Below, one piece after another: positions 35,886 through 46,249 of a DNA stretch of 64,000 nucleotides. The position numbers and the translations under genes are program-made. The number at the start of each line of letters is the position of its first letter. Within the stretch, counting starts at the first letter, position 1. The notes beneath the pieces are model-generated. The model was not told the DNA's origin and did not search any database. It worked only from the letters and a program-made list of their open reading frames with translations. The stretch is from a virus, in the IMG/VR virus record IMGVR_UViG_3300034069_000823, positions 2,090-66,089 of that record; one strand, written 5' to 3'.

Positions 35886-38615
35886 TTAACCACAAGCACT
35901 ATCTCCACAATCTAAACATTTAGAACATCCTGCTTCTTTAATAACTGTACCTCCACATTTATCACATACTAGAGTTTCTTTTTTATCATTATAAGTATTT
36001 AAAACTCTACACATTACAGTTACAAAAGAATTAATATTACTATCTATTTTCTTAGCAGTTTTAATAACATAATGAATACTAGCACCTTGCCTTAGTAACA
36101 TTGAAGTATATAAAGTACATAGTTTTTCTGTTACATTATCTCCTTCTACTAATTTATCTATATTAATAATTGGTGATGAAAAACTATAGTGACCTTTACT
36201 TCTTTTAATAGTAAATCCTGGCACAGATTTTATATTAAAAGTTATTAGATCTTTTTGATATTTACTATAGGTTTCAGGATCTACTTTAACTACAAATACT
36301 TCATAAGGTTTATTTTCTAGTAGACCTACTACTATACAATAACACTTGCCTTCTATTTTAGCTAAATGTAATTCTGATTCTAATTCTTTTGATCTTTTAG
36401 GAGCATCATATTGTTTGAAATTATTAGAAGATTCTTCAGTAACTAATATACCTCCTCTACTACCGTCTCTATAAACTGTAATACCTTTACATCCTTTTTC
36501 AAAGGCTTTCATATAAAGATCACTAACTGTTTTTACAGTAGTATTTTTAGGAAGATTTACAGTAGAACTAATAGAACTTGTGATATACTTTTGAATTAAA
36601 GATTGAGTATCAACTCTTTTATTATAATCTATATCAGCAGAACTCTGTCCTTTATAAGGAGATTTATTATAAAGCATTAACCAATCTTCATAGGTAAGAT
36701 CTTCAATAGGAGTGTTATTATCTACTAAGAATTCCTTATTAATTTTATACCATTCCTTTAATTTAGGATGTATGACAGGAATAATTCTATAACCTATACC
36801 AAGTTCTATAACATCAGGTTTTTCATCACCTTGACAAGTAACTTTTCTTTTATATACTGGCATAAATACTGGTTCTATTCCTGAAGAAGTTTGAGTTAAA
36901 ATACTTATAGATCCAGTAGGAGCAATTGTAGATATTCCTGCATTTCTTCTACCATATTTGTGCATTCTTTCAGCTACATAAGGACAGATTTCATATAATT
37001 TAGTGTACCATTCATTTTTTCCTACTATAGGTACTTCTGTATCATTAGAATCTTTTCTTAAATTTTCTAATGATTTAATTAAATCCTTGGAATCTACAAG
37101 ATATTTGTAATGATAAACATTCTCTTTATTTTCATAATACTCTAAGGTATTATTCCAAAGTTTAAAAGGTCCTCTTACAATAGCCATATCAACAGAAGCA
37201 TTTAATTCTGCTATAAACTTAATTTGAAAGATTCTTTCTGTCATTTCAGGATCTCCATAAGGTAAATTTAAAGCAGCCAACATATCAGCATAAGCAGTTA
37301 TACCAGTACCTGTTCTTCTACCTTTTTCTCCAATTTCTTTAATTTTCCACCATAATTTAAACTCTTCAGATTCTTCTTCATAATTCCAATTAACATCATG
37401 TTTTTCAGCATAAGTAGGACTTATTTTAGCTAGTATTTTTTCTACTGCCTCTATTTCAAGGTCTACTAAATTATCTGCTAGCATTTGAGCCTCATAAAAT
37501 ACTTCATAGGCTAAATTTTCATCTAATTTAGAATCTTTAGTAAAAGGATCTTTTACTAAACTATATAAATTAGTAGCAATTAATCTACAACTATCATATC
37601 CACTTAAACCTAGCTCTCCACAAGGATTAGTACTAATTGGTTTTAATTCTTCATATACTCCTGTAGGATCATAGTTAATTAACTTATCCCAATTGAATAT
37701 TCCAGGCTCTGCTGTAAGATGTGCATTACTTACTATAGTATTCCATAATTCTTTTGCTTTAATTACTTTAATAAATTTACCAGAATTACTTGAGTATAAT
37801 TTATTATATTCTAGTTCTGTAAAATCTACTATATTAAACTCTTGGGGTATACTTATATCAGTATTACAAGGGTATCTTAAGATATAATCCTTATCTTCTT
37901 TAACAGCCTTAAGAAACTCATTATTAAGTCTAATACTAATGTTAGCACCTGTTATTTTAGTAAGATCTTTCTTTATACTCGCAAATTCAAATACATCAGG
38001 ATGATTTACATCAATAGATAACATTAAAGCTCCTCTTCTCCCCTCTTGACATATAATTTTAGTTACCTCAGAATAAAGATGCATAAAACTTACTGCTCCT
38101 GTAGAAGAACTAGCAGAATTATTAACTTTAGCTCCATTAGGTCTTAATTTTGATATATCTATTCCTACCCCTCCTCTTCTTTTATATATTTGAGCAGCGT
38201 CTCTTGCTGTATTAAATATACTTTCAATACTATCATCTGGAGATTCTAAAACAAAACAATTAGACAATGATGTATTATTATCAGATCCTAAACCCTGCAT
38301 TACAGAACCACCTGGAATAATAAAATTAAAGTGTTTAAATTTACTAAATATATAAGAAGATAACTCTTTAGTATCACAGAACATAGAGGTTAAAAATCTA
38401 TTACATCCATAAGGTGATAATGTCTTAAGCTCATCAGGAAAATTTTCTGTATATTTTTTATCTATTCTAGCAAATTCTTTAGCTAATCTTATATGCATCT
38501 TTTTAGGATTTTCTTCTTTATTTAAAGAATATTTATTTAAAAAAACACTACTAGCTAATTCATCATTATCAAAATAACTTAAAGTATATTTTTGTACTTC
38601 TTCTTTTTTACTCAT
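35886..38615 (-). CDS. nrdJ: Class II (B12-dependent) ribonucleotide reductase
   Basis: SLSNCFV, RRGALM, TNPCGE, TIAPTGSIS, GCKGITVYRDGSR; C-terminal CxxC...CxxC...C. No nrdB nearby. Confidence 0.9.
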   Translation of the reverse strand: MSKKEEVQKYTLSYFDNDELASSVFLNKYSLNKEENPKKMHIRLAKEFARIDKKYTENFPDELKTLSPYGCNRFLTSMFCDTKELSSYIFSKFKHFNFIIPGGSVMQGLGSDNNTSLSNCFVLESPDDSIESIFNTARDAAQIYKRRGGVGIDISKLRPNGAKVNNSASSSTGAVSFMHLYSEVTKIICQEGRRGALMLSIDVNHPDVFEFASIKKDLTKITGANISIRLNNEFLKAVKEDKDYILRYPCNTDISIPQEFNIVDFTELEYNKLYSSNSGKFIKVIKAKELWNTIVSNAHLTAEPGIFNWDKLINYDPTGVYEELKPISTNPCGELGLSGYDSCRLIATNLYSLVKDPFTKDSKLDENLAYEVFYEAQMLADNLVDLEIEAVEKILAKISPTYAEKHDVNWNYEEESEEFKLWWKIKEIGEKGRRTGTGITAYADMLAALNLPYGDPEMTERIFQIKFIAELNASVDMAIVRGPFKLWNNTLEYYENKENVYHYKYLVDSKDLIKSLENLRKDSNDTEVPIVGKNEWYTKLYEICPYVAERMHKYGRRNAGISTIAPTGSISILTQTSSGIEPVFMPVYKRKVTCQGDEKPDVIELGIGYRIIPVIHPKLKEWYKINKEFLVDNNTPIEDLTYEDWLMLYNKSPYKGQSSADIDYNKRVDTQSLIQKYITSSISSTVNLPKNTTVKTVSDLYMKAFEKGCKGITVYRDGSRGGILVTEESSNNFKQYDAPKRSKELESELHLAKIEGKCYCIVVGLLENKPYEVFVVKVDPETYSKYQKDLITFNIKSVPGFTIKRSKGHYSFSSPIINIDKLVEGDNVTEKLCTLYTSMLLRQGASIHYVIKTAKKIDSNINSFVTVMCRVLNTYNDKKETLVCDKCGGTVIKEAGCSKCLDCGDSACG

Positions 38616-38639
38616 ATTATAACATTATTTATTATATAT

Positions 38640-39728
38640 TTAAAATACTACTTCATTTATACCATTATTTAATATAGTACTTTTGTTGTAATTAAACTCG
38701 TTATTTTTTACATGCCAATAAACTAAAGCATAATATTTATACCATGCAAGGTGTGTATTTCCTTTATAGTCTTTAAAATCTTCTTGCTTATCATATATAG
38801 AGTTATTATATTTATATATTTGAGGATTTAAATCTATCTTATTAATAGGAAGAAACATAAAAGGAAGCACTTTAAAATCCTTGAAATATACATCTGTTTT
38901 ACAAACTTCTCTTATAATATAAGAGTATTTAGTAGCTTGTAGATCATAATACCAGTCTTGTATAGATACTATAAAGTCTTCTTCATTATGAGAAGTTGTT
39001 TTTAAATCTATAGGTTGTATAGTTTTATCTCTATAATTTACTATAATCATATCTACCATACATTTAATGGTATTATCTTCTAATAAAGAATCTTTCCAAT
39101 CTAAAGGATATATATTAGAATTTAGGTTATAAGTTATCTTAAACTTTAACTGATAATATAACTTTATTTCAGGATCTGAAGTATCAAATATCCAAGAAGT
39201 AAATTTATTTTTGTAAATTTCTCTTACACTATCTCTAGCATAAATAAAATCATCGAAATGTACTAATTCTTTTTTACCATCTTCCATTTCAGGAATTATT
39301 TTAAAAAAGTTATAGCCTGCCTCATATATTCTAGATAAAATAGTGTCATCTTTATATGTATTACAATAGGATAATTCTCTAGCACTTTGTAATATTAAGC
39401 TATGTGCTATTTTATCAAGATATTTAGTTTTTTTATCAGATTTTTCCCATATTAATTTTAGAACATTTATTACAGCATCAGGAGGTTTTATCCCTTGATA
39501 TATTACATATTTATTATAAAAGTTTTCTTTATCTGTCAAAAGAGTATCTACAAGACTTCCATGTCTTAAAGGAGCAGAATCAAGTACTTCAGGATTTATA
39601 TATAATTTTCTTAATCCTTTTATACCTAATCTAGCAAAAGTAGATAAAGTAGAATAAGAAATAGCATTATCATTTCTATACTGTTTTTCAGAAACTTGCC
39701 AACTTATATCTTTTAATTCTTTAATCAT
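38640..39728 (-). CDS. PD-(D/E)XK exonuclease (RecB/ExoVIII-like)
   Basis: KCMVDMI...PIDLKTT...YDLQATKY pattern. Confidence 0.75.
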   Translation of the reverse strand: MIKELKDISWQVSEKQYRNDNAISYSTLSTFARLGIKGLRKLYINPEVLDSAPLRHGSLVDTLLTDKENFYNKYVIYQGIKPPDAVINVLKLIWEKSDKKTKYLDKIAHSLILQSARELSYCNTYKDDTILSRIYEAGYNFFKIIPEMEDGKKELVHFDDFIYARDSVREIYKNKFTSWIFDTSDPEIKLYYQLKFKITYNLNSNIYPLDWKDSLLEDNTIKCMVDMIIVNYRDKTIQPIDLKTTSHNEEDFIVSIQDWYYDLQATKYSYIIREVCKTDVYFKDFKVLPFMFLPINKIDLNPQIYKYNNSIYDKQEDFKDYKGNTHLAWYKYYALVYWHVKNNEFNYNKSTILNNGINEVVF

Positions 39729-39993
39729 AATATTCTTGGTTAGGTGTATAATTTAATTGCTCAACATATTCATCTATTAAAACTTTTAGTTCAATAAGCA
39801 TTTCAAAATTAAGTATTCTATTTATTTTATCTTTTCTTTCTTCTTTAGTTATAATAGATTGTATAAGTTCCTGTAATTTATCAAACTCTCTTTTAGATAT
39901 AAAAGAAACACTAAGTTTATAATCATTAGTATAAAGAGTATTATCTTGTAATACTCTTTTAACTATATTATTTATTTTTCCTATTTTACTCAT
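39721..39993 (-). CDS. Hypothetical protein, 90 aa
   Basis: ORF track. Confidence 0.6.
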   Translation of the reverse strand: MSKIGKINNIVKRVLQDNTLYTNDYKLSVSFISKREFDKLQELIQSIITKEERKDKINRILNFEMLIELKVLIDEYVEQLNYTPNQEYYD

Positions 39994-40474
39994 TAATTAA
40001 TAATTTTATTTGTTCAATAGATTCTTTTACCTGTCTAACATTTCTTGGCTCAAAATAGTATACACCTTCATAATTTTCTGATAAATTTTCTTCTAAGTAT
40101 TTAAATAATAATTTTCTTTTATAAGGATATACATCATTAGCAAATCCTTTTGTTTCTATTAATATTAAATACTTAGTATTGTCTATTTTAAAATCAGGAG
40201 TAAGAGTAATAGATGTTATTTTTTCTTTCTCCTTTTTTTTATTTACAAATATATCAAAAGTTTTATTACTATTACTCTTTTGGTGATAGAAATTAACTTT
40301 ATTTAATCTGAATCCTTTAAATATTTCAAAAGTAATAGGTTCATAACTAAAAGGTATATTACTTAATTTAAGACATTTATAACAAGAGACTTCTAAAGCA
40401 CTATTAAATTGAATATTATCATAATAGTGCTTTTTAGCCCCTATTACTTTTTTATTGTTGCCTTGATAATCCAT
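39986..40474 (-). CDS. PD-(D/E)XK endonuclease, T7 endonuclease I/DUF1064-like (resolvase candidate)
   Basis: IQFNSALE...YEP...TPDF...IETKG; start MDYQGNNKK at 40474 preferred. Confidence 0.7.
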   Translation of the reverse strand: MDYQGNNKKVIGAKKHYYDNIQFNSALEVSCYKCLKLSNIPFSYEPITFEIFKGFRLNKVNFYHQKSNSNKTFDIFVNKKKEKEKITSITLTPDFKIDNTKYLILIETKGFANDVYPYKRKLLFKYLEENLSENYEGVYYFEPRNVRQVKESIEQIKLLINE

Positions 40475-40979
40475 GAAATTTGTATAGAATTTTATCTGCA
40501 ATTTCACTTGCAAATTGAATATCTTCCAAAGTTCTAAAATATCCTATATCTTTCAAGTGTTCTCTTGTAGGATGTGGAAGAGCAGTACAAATTAAGGAAC
40601 TTTCAAAACTAGGATGACACATATAAAGACGATCGCATTTTAATATGTGATCCTCATATTTTTGGTCAATAATTAAAGCAAGTTGTTTTAAATACTTCAT
40701 TTTAAGTATACTATAAGCATTATATAAATGGTTTCCATCTTCCCATTCTTTTAATTTGCCTTCTATATCTATTTCTCTTTTTTCAATAAGATACTTAGGT
40801 TTGTTAATATTACATGATACATTATATGCTTTAACTATATCTCTTTCCGTTTGGAAATCAAAAAGAATACTATTAAAACTACCAGTATGAAAATCATAAT
40901 CATATGCAAAATTAATTTTCATTCCTACTTTTAGTAATTGATCACAATAATAATATTTTACTTTTTTATTTAAATCCAT
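40452..40979 (-). CDS. Hypothetical protein, 175 aa
   Basis: ORF track. Confidence 0.6.
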   Translation of the reverse strand: MDLNKKVKYYYCDQLLKVGMKINFAYDYDFHTGSFNSILFDFQTERDIVKAYNVSCNINKPKYLIEKREIDIEGKLKEWEDGNHLYNAYSILKMKYLKQLALIIDQKYEDHILKCDRLYMCHPSFESSLICTALPHPTREHLKDIGYFRTLEDIQFASEIADKILYKFHGLSRQQ

Positions 40980-41671
40980 TGTATTTTTAAATTATTAGTT
41001 TGTTTTAAAATTTTATTAACTTGTATAAAACCATCACAATCAAATCCTTGATTGTTTCTAGCAAAATAAGAAGGGTGTTTATATTCAAAGATATAATTAG
41101 ATTTTTTATTAATAAAAGGTTTAAAATTTCTAGCACTATTACCAAATAATAGATAAACTATTCCACTATTTATACTTGATAATCCTATAAGTAATTCCTT
41201 AATAAAAGTGTACCATATATCACTATGACTTTGTATTTTATTTTCTTCAACAGTTAGACTAGAATTAAGAAGTAATACTCCTTGTTTTGCCCAACTCTCT
41301 AAAGTTATATCAAATTTATCATCATAAATATCTGGAAAAGGTAAATCACTTACATAGTTATAATTAGGAAAATCCTTAGTAATTTTATTTATAATTACTT
41401 GTAAGCTAGGACTACATATTTTAGTATCTTTAGGATTACCAAAAGCTAGTCCTGTAGCAAATCCTTTTTGAGGGTAAGGATCTTGACCAAGAATAACTAC
41501 TTTAAGATTATCATAATCACATAAATTAAAGCATTTAAAAATATTTCTTTTTTCTGGAAAAACATTTTTATTTTTATACTCTATATTTAAAGTTTTTAAT
41601 ATAGTAAGAATAGTTTTATCATCTATTAATTTTGAATAACCTTTTAATAAGTCTTGCTTATTCAATGACAT
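40970..41671 (-). CDS. ung: Uracil-DNA glycosylase, family 1
   Basis: VVILGQDPYP, GLAF, WAKQGVLLLN and HPS motifs. Confidence 0.92.
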   Translation of the reverse strand: MSLNKQDLLKGYSKLIDDKTILTILKTLNIEYKNKNVFPEKRNIFKCFNLCDYDNLKVVILGQDPYPQKGFATGLAFGNPKDTKICSPSLQVIINKITKDFPNYNYVSDLPFPDIYDDKFDITLESWAKQGVLLLNSSLTVEENKIQSHSDIWYTFIKELLIGLSSINSGIVYLLFGNSARNFKPFINKKSNYIFEYKHPSYFARNNQGFDCDGFIQVNKILKQTNNLKIQWI

Positions 41672-42837
41672 TAATCTACTACTTTATTTAAGTTACTTTG
41701 TATTTGATTTATTTTATCTATAATAATATTTCTATTTAATTCAGGTATAATAGGAATATTTAAAGTATATGTAGTAGTTTCATCATTATTTACAGTTAGA
41801 TTTTTATTTATAATAGTTAAAAAGTCATCTACAAAACCATCTTCTAATTTGTAACTTTCTTCATCATATAAAGATACTTCATGTATAGGATAATAAGCAC
41901 ATGTTCTCATTTTTCCATAAGAATCTTGAGGAGGAACTGCTACTACATCAGCAGGATTTACTAGTACCATTAATTTAACCTGTCCAAATTGGTCATTTTC
42001 TTTAAGCCAATCTAAAGAAGCTACATGTAAACCACTACTACAAGTCCTTTCCTGTCTACTATCACAGTCTTGTCTTTTCATACTAACCATTTCACCTAAT
42101 TTAATATTAAAACTACGTGTATGTGCATCTGTATATATAGTACAATTTTTTTCAGTATTATCTTTACATTTTAATTGATATAATTCCTCTATAGTTTTTA
42201 CATCTTCTTCTTTTTTTGTAGAGTATTTATATTCTCCTGTCAGCTCATCATGTATTAAATAATAATTTTTAGGACTTTTCTTTAATTTAGTTTTAATTTT
42301 TATGTAAGCGTCTCTTATAAATTCAATTTCTTTTGAATCTTGTGAAGCTACTTCTTTTACTTCTACCCCTCTAAAGGCTACAAACAATCCAGACCTTGAA
42401 ATAGTAAAACCATATTTAGTTAAAAACCAAAATAAGTTAGTTCTAGCTCTGCTATCAGGATTTAAAGAGGCTAAAGTCCAAAAGTTCACATAAGTTTCTA
42501 TTAATTCTTTATTATTTTCTTTTTCAGCTTCAACTATTCTAATAACTAAATCTTCAGGTAGTGATAACTCTGATACAGATCTTATATAAACAGAAGTTCC
42601 TGATATAGATAATATATTAGATTGTTCATTAATAAAATCTATAATTTCTTTCTTTTCTAAGTATTCTTCTTTTAATTTAGCCTGTTCAGGATTAAATAAA
42701 TTTCGTATAAAATCTTCATCATCTTTATTACTAAAAACCTTCTCTATAAATTCAAGAGGAGCTTCGTTTTTAGATAAAACTGTACCATCTTTTAAAACTA
42801 CTGTAATATTACCTTGTATTGCTATAATTTTTATCAT
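41671..42837 (-). CDS. rIIB: rIIB-like protein
   Basis: CSSGLHV...VNPADVVAVP...GKMRTCAYY C-terminal motif; directly downstream of an rIIA-like gene. Confidence 0.75.
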   Translation of the reverse strand: MIKIIAIQGNITVVLKDGTVLSKNEAPLEFIEKVFSNKDDEDFIRNLFNPEQAKLKEEYLEKKEIIDFINEQSNILSISGTSVYIRSVSELSLPEDLVIRIVEAEKENNKELIETYVNFWTLASLNPDSRARTNLFWFLTKYGFTISRSGLFVAFRGVEVKEVASQDSKEIEFIRDAYIKIKTKLKKSPKNYYLIHDELTGEYKYSTKKEEDVKTIEELYQLKCKDNTEKNCTIYTDAHTRSFNIKLGEMVSMKRQDCDSRQERTCSSGLHVASLDWLKENDQFGQVKLMVLVNPADVVAVPPQDSYGKMRTCAYYPIHEVSLYDEESYKLEDGFVDDFLTIINKNLTVNNDETTTYTLNIPIIPELNRNIIIDKINQIQSNLNKVVD

Positions 42838-42841
42838 AAAT

Positions 42842-45187
42842 TTAATATTTTAAGGTGTATAAATCTTCTTTATTTTTTGTTCTATGTTTTAAGGATTCTG
42901 GATTAGGTAAAAATAATTTTTTAGCTAAAATATAATCTACAGCTACTTGTATAGATTCTTCTGTTAAATCTTTATAATTCTCTACATTTAAGTGTAATAA
43001 AAATGAAGAACTTTTTAGCATTTTTAAATTAGATTTTAACAAAGCTCTAATATTCTCATCAAAATAATTTTTTTCTACACAAAGGTTGTAAATCTCTTCT
43101 TTTAAAGCAGCGTTTCTTGCTGAACCAAATAATAATACTTCGGAATAATCATCTAATATATTAACAACTTCAGCTAATTTAGGAGATATTCTATCTAAAT
43201 TTCTAATATAAGATAATTGTTTTAAATGAGGTAAATTTCTATGTATTAACTCTATAGTAGCTATCTTTTTTATTAATTTATAATTTCCTTTTATTAAATC
43301 TTCCATACACACAAAGTTTTTTAACACTTTTAATTTTTCTAAATTAGAATTAGCTACTTCTATAAATTTATAGTTAGATTTAGTATATACACTTAAAATA
43401 GAAAATAGTTCTCTTAATTTATCACTATTTCTTTCATCATAAATAACTAATTTACGAGAATTACGATTTAAATTAATATGTTCTAAATCTGTAGTTACAT
43501 CCCCTCCTTTAAAAGAGTATCTTACATTATAAACTGTTATTTCTTCATTATTTTTTTCTTTTTCACTCTTAAGTATTTTATTTTCAAGTCTTCTTTTTTT
43601 ATTTTCTTCTTTTACTTCTTCTATAAATTCTAAAGGTACTGAGTAATTATTAATTTCATTATCTAAGTCTTTAAATAAATTATCCAAGACATAATTTAAT
43701 ATTAATCTATATTCTTTTTTATACTGTGTGCTAAAACAATATAAAAAATTATAATACATATATCTTATTATTTTTATCTTTTCTTTCTTTATCTGTGAAG
43801 AAGTAATTAAGTGAAAATAGCTAGCAACCTTTTCAGTTCTTTCTTTTTCAAAAATATGACCAATATATCTTCTTGCATAAGTATTTAAATTCTGATAATT
43901 TGCATTATATAATTTAGGATATGTAACATTTTTTTCTTTATCAAATACTATCTTACTTACAGGAACTATTCTCTTGCTACTTTTTGATTTAATAACAGAG
44001 TTTGAAGATGATAATATATAAGAATATAATTCAAATTCATGATATTGTTCAATTCTACTTATTAAATGAATTAAAACTCTACCATCATATAAAACACCTT
44101 TATAAGTAAAATTTAAAGAAGCAGAAATGGGTATGTCTATATGAGGTTTATTTCCAAGATCATCACTTTCTATTAATGGTACTTCCTTTATATTATAATC
44201 TTTTATTTCATTTATATGTTTAAACTCTTTAGTAGAATATTCATCAATTATACTATCTAATTCTTTCATTACTAAGTCTATTTTGTCCTGTATAGCCTTA
44301 ATACTTTTTTTAGTAAAATTAACACTTTCTCTATTAGGAGTAACATCTAATTCTCCTATATCAAAATTTATATGTATTTTTCCATCTACTAATTCCTCTA
44401 TATCAGTATAAGCAAAATTTATAGAATTAGGATTTACATAATAGCATACTTTTCCTATTAATATAGGAAGATCATTTGAATAAGTTAAATTAAAATTATC
44501 TTTAACAGAAAAAGTTTTATACTTTTTTATTTTTAAATTATTAAAATCTTCTTCAAAATTTATTAATCTTCTAATATTAGTAAGATTTATAAGTATTAAA
44601 TTTTCAAAAAAGCATAACTGATTTTTAATAGCATAAATAAAATCATCAATATCAGAACTAGGTACTAATACCTTTACTTCTACTCCATTATGTTCTTCTG
44701 TTGGTACTTTAGATATTAAATCTATAGATAGACTATTACCATCCTTATACATAACATATAAATATTTTATATTATTATAGATAGAAGTAATATGAACCAT
44801 ATTTGAATAAGCTAAAGCAGAAAATCTTCCTATACCAAATCCTCCTATTTGTTCATTAGTATCTCTTTTAGTAGAACTACCTATATTTCTGTAAATTTTA
44901 TTAAATCTTTCTTCACTAAGCCCTACTCCATTGTCTCTTATAGCACAATAGTATCCATTTTGTTCTTCTCCTATTTCTATAACTACTGCATCTTTAACTC
45001 CTGCTTCAACATGAGAATCCCAAGCATTACTTACTGTTTCTCTAAGAAAAGATTCTATAGAACTAGAATATAAATTAGTAGATAATATATTTATAATAAA
45101 ATCAATATTATTTATATCAATACCTACTTTATTTGATAATACTTCTCCATATACTTCAGTATTGGAGTCTGTTTGATTAAATTGCAT
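42842..45187 (-). CDS. rIIA: rIIA-like protein with N-terminal GHKL ATPase domain
   Basis: RETVSNAWDSH, IRDNGVGLS, GGFGIGRFS, PTEEHNGVEV, LDVTPNRES. Confidence 0.8.
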   Translation of the reverse strand: MQFNQTDSNTEVYGEVLSNKVGIDINNIDFIINILSTNLYSSSIESFLRETVSNAWDSHVEAGVKDAVVIEIGEEQNGYYCAIRDNGVGLSEERFNKIYRNIGSSTKRDTNEQIGGFGIGRFSALAYSNMVHITSIYNNIKYLYVMYKDGNSLSIDLISKVPTEEHNGVEVKVLVPSSDIDDFIYAIKNQLCFFENLILINLTNIRRLINFEEDFNNLKIKKYKTFSVKDNFNLTYSNDLPILIGKVCYYVNPNSINFAYTDIEELVDGKIHINFDIGELDVTPNRESVNFTKKSIKAIQDKIDLVMKELDSIIDEYSTKEFKHINEIKDYNIKEVPLIESDDLGNKPHIDIPISASLNFTYKGVLYDGRVLIHLISRIEQYHEFELYSYILSSSNSVIKSKSSKRIVPVSKIVFDKEKNVTYPKLYNANYQNLNTYARRYIGHIFEKERTEKVASYFHLITSSQIKKEKIKIIRYMYYNFLYCFSTQYKKEYRLILNYVLDNLFKDLDNEINNYSVPLEFIEEVKEENKKRRLENKILKSEKEKNNEEITVYNVRYSFKGGDVTTDLEHINLNRNSRKLVIYDERNSDKLRELFSILSVYTKSNYKFIEVANSNLEKLKVLKNFVCMEDLIKGNYKLIKKIATIELIHRNLPHLKQLSYIRNLDRISPKLAEVVNILDDYSEVLLFGSARNAALKEEIYNLCVEKNYFDENIRALLKSNLKMLKSSSFLLHLNVENYKDLTEESIQVAVDYILAKKLFLPNPESLKHRTKNKEDLYTLKY

Positions 45188-45217
45188 AATTTTTGTTTTT
45201 TTAGTGAGATATTTATA

Positions 45218-46234
45218 TTATTTATTACTTATAATAGATTTAATTACTTCTATAAAAACCTCTTTGCCTTGATTTTTATATAAATCAGAAGGATCTTTAG
45301 ATAGATACTCTTGAGGTATTTCTATCTGTTTAAAATTATAGAGATTACTTATTTTTTTACCATACTCTCTACCATAATTATTTTCTTTATCATAATCATT
45401 GTCATATAAACAATATATAGTGGAAAATTTCTCTTGTAATATACTAACTACATAAGGTTTAGGTAAATATCCTTCAGCTTGTAAAGAAACTGATGGTATA
45501 CCTATATTTTCCCAAAGACATAAAGCATCTTTTCTTGATGATGTTATTATTAATTCATTTGATTTACTATTTAAAGCTTGACTCCAAAGATCCCATACAG
45601 AAGATCCATGATTATTTAACCATTTTAGTTTACTTGAAAAAGGTTGATATACTTTTAAAGTAGGAAGATTATCCTTATATTCTACATAACAATAAGCGTA
45701 TTTTTCAGAAGGAAAAGTTTTTTCTCCTATCTGTATATGACTAATAGGATATACTTTACCAAATTCTAACCATTTTTTTGTAATACCATATTTTAGCCAA
45801 AATTCTAAATCATAATCTTTCCAAGATCTTACTTTTACTTGTAAATTTTTTAATGTAGTTTTGGGTGAGTTATTTATTTTGTTTTTTGCATAATAAGTAC
45901 TTTTATTTTGTTTTATAATATATTTATCTATTTCCTTAATAGAAGGAAGATCTTTAAGAACTCTATCTCTTAATTCATTTAAAGAATTTATATTTAATTT
46001 AGCTTTTAATAAATCAGCAGTAAAACCTCTATCTCCAGTTGTAAAATCTTTATAATATATACCATTATCAAGATAAATAAGTCCAAAGGAAGGGTGATTA
46101 TCCTTCCTTAATGGACTATTTGTTACACATGGAATCTGGTTTATACCTGTATAATATTCAATTAAAGCTTCTTCAGATACTACATCAAGTATATCTTTAA
46201 ACAATAAACTATTATACCCTTCTGCAAATCCCAT
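45218..46234 (-). CDS. DNA primase (crAss-type, TOPRIM)
   Basis: SPLRKDNHPSF, YKDF, ITSSRKD, LYDND and KDPSD motifs. Confidence 0.8.
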   Translation of the reverse strand: MGFAEGYNSLLFKDILDVVSEEALIEYYTGINQIPCVTNSPLRKDNHPSFGLIYLDNGIYYKDFTTGDRGFTADLLKAKLNINSLNELRDRVLKDLPSIKEIDKYIIKQNKSTYYAKNKINNSPKTTLKNLQVKVRSWKDYDLEFWLKYGITKKWLEFGKVYPISHIQIGEKTFPSEKYAYCYVEYKDNLPTLKVYQPFSSKLKWLNNHGSSVWDLWSQALNSKSNELIITSSRKDALCLWENIGIPSVSLQAEGYLPKPYVVSILQEKFSTIYCLYDNDYDKENNYGREYGKKISNLYNFKQIEIPQEYLSKDPSDLYKNQGKEVFIEVIKSIISNK

Positions 46235-46249
46235 ATTAATTTATTTTTT

